A stretch of DNA of 64,000 nucleotides from NCBI GenBank assembly GCA_030295235.1, contig AP026164.1:992001-1056000 (forward strand), read 5' to 3'. Below the pieces are notes generated by a model, which did not search any database, was not told the DNA's origin, and saw only the letters and a program-made list of their open reading frames with translations. Position numbers and translations under genes: made by a program. This DNA comes from Fistulifera solaris (lineage: Eukaryota). Of the stretch, positions 60,388-64,000 are shown one piece after another. Numbering within the stretch: position 1 is the first letter of the stretch; every line of letters begins with the position of its first letter.

Positions 60388-62252
60388 ATGAAGTCCAGTG
60401 TCTATACAGATTGCGAAGATCTGCTAGGAATCGATGCGGAGGTGAAGGATCTGCTGAAATGCGTCAGTTCATCAATTAATTCAGTACCAGCAGGTGCCGT
60501 TAATTTCTCTCGTAGCGTTCTTTTGGTGATATCGGCAGCGCTGGTCTTTTTTTATGCAAGCGGGCTTTGCTATGTAAGTTGAATTCCATCTATCGCTTAT
60601 TCTCTTTTTTTATTGTTTTCCTCATAATCTGTTATTTCATTAGGGTTTGTGCGGGTAAGTCGGGAAGCGTCAGAAAGGATCCATCGCTTTCCGATTTCGT
60701 TTTCTCATGAAGCGATTTCTTTTGTATGTCCTTTCGTTTCGTGTGTTCCTTTTCTCATTCTCCCGTATTTTCTTCTAGGTGCCGTTCGTAAAAAGAATGT
60801 CCAGAACACAATGTTAAAGAATCTATTGGACGCATGCGGGGCCGTTATTGCGTACTTTGTAGTCGGTTTTGCGTTTTCGTTTGGGGGCATGGATCCGGAA
60901 TCGACTCGTACTGACTTTATTGGGAAGGAGAACTTCTTTTTGATGGGGGTTGAAGATTACGCATTTTGGTTGTTCCAATATGCCTTCAGCGCGGCATCAG
61001 CTACAATCGTTGCGGGCGCACTAGCCGAGCGTTGTCAAATGGCGGCTTATTTGTGTTACTCTCTCATGTTGACCGGTTGGGTATATCCTATCATTGTACA
61101 CGCAATATGGAATGTAAATGGGTTTCTATCTGCCATGCACAGTGATCCACTGTTTGGAGTGGGAATGATTGATTTTGCAGGCTCTGGCGTGGTGCACGTA
61201 ACTGGTGGTTTGACGGCACTTTTCGCTACAGCGATTTTAGGTCCTCGTCGAGGTCGTTTTCACGACGACTCGGGAAGAAAACTTGACACGCCGAAGCCTA
61301 TCCAAGGATCCTCCGTTGCTCTTCAGGTAAGTTGAAAAGAGTACCAGCTCGGTTGGAGAGTATCGATTCAATTGATTATTGCTCAACTCTCTTTTGTCAA
61401 AGATGCTCGGCACTTTTATTCTTTGGTTCGGTTGGTATGGATTCAATTGTGGATCCGCCTTGCTGGTTATAAATGAGTATACTGGGTCTATCGTGGCTCT
61501 AGCGGCGGTCAACACAACCATGTCAGCTGGAGTGGCCGGTATAACTGCCCTTTTGTGAATTTGTGGTATTTGGAGCGCACTACCGGAGAACCATTTTTGA
61601 TTTGACGTACGCTATGAATGGGGCTCTTTCCGGATTGGTTGCCGTCACAGCTGGATGTGGTGTCATCGAGCCGTGGGCTGCCGTGACGACTGGATTTGTC
61701 GCTGGTCTCATATACATGGTAGGCAGTCGGGGATTAATTATGGTGCGCTTGGACGATGCAGTGGATGCCATTCCCGTGCACTTGATGAATGGAGTCTGGG
61801 GCTGTACTGCCGTTGGTTTGTGGGCTTCTCCGACTCGCATTAGCCGATATTTCGGACGAGCACCCCATCCGGGATGGTTCTACGCCATCCGAGATGGTAA
61901 TCCAGGTGACATGCGCCTGTTGGGCGCGCAATTGGTAGGTTTACTCTTTATCATCGGCTGGGTCATGTCTATCATGGTTCCTTTTTTCATTTGGTTGGAC
62001 TGGAAAGGTTGGTTTCGTTCTGATCCGCTGGAGGAGATAGTTGGTTTGGACACTAGCTATCACGGTGGACTGGCTCTTTTGAACTCCTACCAGGACACCG
62101 TTCAACCCGAATACATTACAGCCTTTAAGAAACAACGAGAGGAAGGAAATCTGAGACGCCGTAACAATCGCGGGGTAGGTCATGTGGGTACAGCTGGCGA
62201 TTCCGAAGTTTATGAAGAGTCGGGGCATGGTGTAACCGAAGATGCCTGCTAA
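60388..62252 (+). CDS. AMT1: Ammonium transporter (AMT1 family)
   Basis: FMQAGFAM-VCAG-AVRKKN, FQYAF, GALAER, DFAGSGVVH, ILWFGWYGFN, NGALSGLVAVTAG, LDDAVDAIPVH; introns 60574-60643, 60655-60778 and 61327-61402; shifts in T runs. Confidence 0.95.
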
Positions 62253-62743
62253 ATTTTCGCATCCGCGTTGATGCCACAAATATTTTTACGTTCAGTCAGT
62301 TTTTGTTGAAGAGATAAAATAAATATACTTTAGCACAGGATTTGTAAAGAGATTGATTACGGAGTTAAACTAGGGATAATTACTTAGGGTCAGACACTAA
62401 CCTTAAACGACCTTGGCTGTTTTGTTGTCTGTTACTGTAAGGCTTACGTCGAGATTACGTCCGCTGGTGTGTCATGTACAGAATACGTAGTACCAGGTAC
62501 CGGAGTACCTGACATCAAGTAGCCGACGTGGCAAAAATGAGAGACTTGAGCAGAAACGAAACAGGAACATTCGAGCGTTCTTTTTGTCGCGCAGAACTCT
62601 TTCATTCTTTTCCTTGTCATGCAATTGCCACGAAGGGAAAGAAGACCCTCGTTCAATTAATTCGCAAATCGTTCCGTGGTGCTTGAAATAAGCATATTGC
62701 GTGAACTTGAGGATATTGTCATCGTGAAAGCGAAGAAACGGTC

Positions 62744-63034
62744 ATGGCATTGCAAAGATTGCTCTCATTTATCTTGTGGCTCGGTTTTCTGGTAGTCTCT
62801 GGTCGTGCATTTCTTGTACCAGCAAGATCCGCTACCTCTTTGACCCTGCATCTTCATCCTGATCAAGCTGCGGATCTTGAAGCATGTGCCTACGACCTCT
62901 TGAAAGAAGCTCAAGCTCGGCAAGCCAAAGAACGCAAAGCAAATGAAGACATGCAGAAAAGTATCGCTGTCAAAGACCGCAAAATTTCGTTTGTTCAGCG
63001 TATCTGGGGAGCTTGTACCAGGTTGAAGCCATAA
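62744..63034 (+). CDS. Small hypothetical protein with bipartite plastid-type presequence
   Basis: MALQRLLSFILWLGFLVVSGRA|FLVP followed by a Ser/Thr-rich transit-like segment. Confidence 0.6.
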   Translation: MALQRLLSFILWLGFLVVSGRAFLVPARSATSLTLHLHPDQAADLEACAYDLLKEAQARQAKERKANEDMQKSIAVKDRKISFVQRIWGACTRLKP

Positions 63035-63691
63035 TCTGTTATATACTTGTTCTCTCACTGACGTAAGAATACCTTGCAAAACAAGAAACACCACATTTTC
63101 TTCCCGGTACGCAAATCATGTCTGGCTGATCTCAAAAGACCCAACCAGAAGGCCATTGACTCACACAACAAAAACTCAGAGGTCTTCGAACTGCTTAGAA
63201 GTTAATCCATTGTATTAGATATATTACAAGAGCCATGCCCTTTCTCATCCCTAGTTGAAACCATATCGATGGGACTGGGCAACCTTCGTGCCTTTTGAGA
63301 GAATAGCATATCGTTTCGATGAGAGAGACGACATTTACTAGACTTTGCTGCCATGCTGGACGCGCTGTGTAACAACGCTGCGGCCGACACGTCCCGATCC
63401 GCCTCGACCAGAATCAAGAAGATAAACGACTTCCGCAACACAAGGTACCAGCATTTCGATTAGTGCAGAAGTGATTTCCATTCCACGAGAGCGTTGTCCT
63501 CCCTGTCTGTATTCAACTGTTTTTGAAAATTTGGGATCTTCCTGACTTGATGCAGAATAACAAAAGTCCCGATTTCAAGAGACGACTTCCACATGGCTGT
63601 TGATACGAAAAAGAATCGCTGGATTGTCAGTTGCGAGTATTGTGAGTCCTTCCGAGTCACAATACAGCTGTTCCTCCATTTGTACACCGTG

Positions 63692-64000
63692 TCATGAAAG
63701 TGTGCTACCGGTAGCCGGAGATAATTGGAGAAGTCGCAATTGTGCTGTTTCCAAATGTTCGACTTGCCGATGAAATTTTCCTTGGCGTTTGAGAAAAGCT
63801 GTTTGCAGGATTTGAAGGACATCACCGTGTGCTACCAACACAAAGACATGGTTACCGGTGTACCTTTTGTCAAGATCAGCAACGCAACTGGTTGCTTTCT
63901 GTGTCACCGAATCGACAGATTCCACCCCATCTATGGTGTGCGACGAGTCGATCTCGTCATTCTTCCACACGCGAGGGTAATTCGAATCGCTCTGACCGTC
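63692..64000 (-). CDS. Histidine phosphatase / phosphoglycerate mutase family protein, C-terminal part (runs off the window)
   Basis: GVESVDSV...VFVLVAHGDVLQILQTAF is the second catalytic His motif of this family. Confidence 0.75.
   Translation of the reverse strand, partial: DGQSDSNYPRVWKNDEIDSSHTIDGVESVDSVTQKATSCVADLDKRYTGNHVFVLVAHGDVLQILQTAFLKRQGKFHRQVEHLETAQLRLLQLSPATGSTLS

Overview
Gene-dense eukaryotic nuclear DNA, almost certainly from a diatom (short GT-AG introns, bipartite plastid presequences with an ASAF-like motif, silaffin-like proteins). About 30 protein-coding genes can be supported: a myosin, FAS1 protein, leucyl aminopeptidase, RRM protein, PPP phosphatase, RPL38, phytoene synthase, FKBP, PC4, ALG8, PHD/AT-hook chromatin protein, Shaker/AKT-type K+ channel, PAM68, GNT1-like GlcNAc transferase, MATE, serpin, LETM1-like protein, SAM synthetase, DXS, GCVT, AMT1 and others. 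Many genes carry single-base frameshifts in homopolymer runs, most likely assembly errors. The most striking system is a pair of adjacent paralogous secreted polyproteins (39518-40750 and 42201-44126). They are built from near-perfect 53-aa and 51-aa repeats in which RXL processing motifs delimit His/Asp-rich plus KXXK (silaffin-type) peptides and short acidic spacers. The two genes also share a predicted intron abutting the ATG and an upstream ~55-bp element. Other highlights: a 560-bp miniature LTR retroelement (TRIM-like) with identical 120-bp LTRs, a 6-bp TSD and a tRNA-like B-box hairpin in its LTR; a possible alternatively spliced membrane-anchored myosin isoform; a probable GPI-anchored serpin; an 11-nt microexon in AMT1; and a decayed local duplicate of part of the PHD gene. 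All calls come from reading the sequence, with no database searches run.
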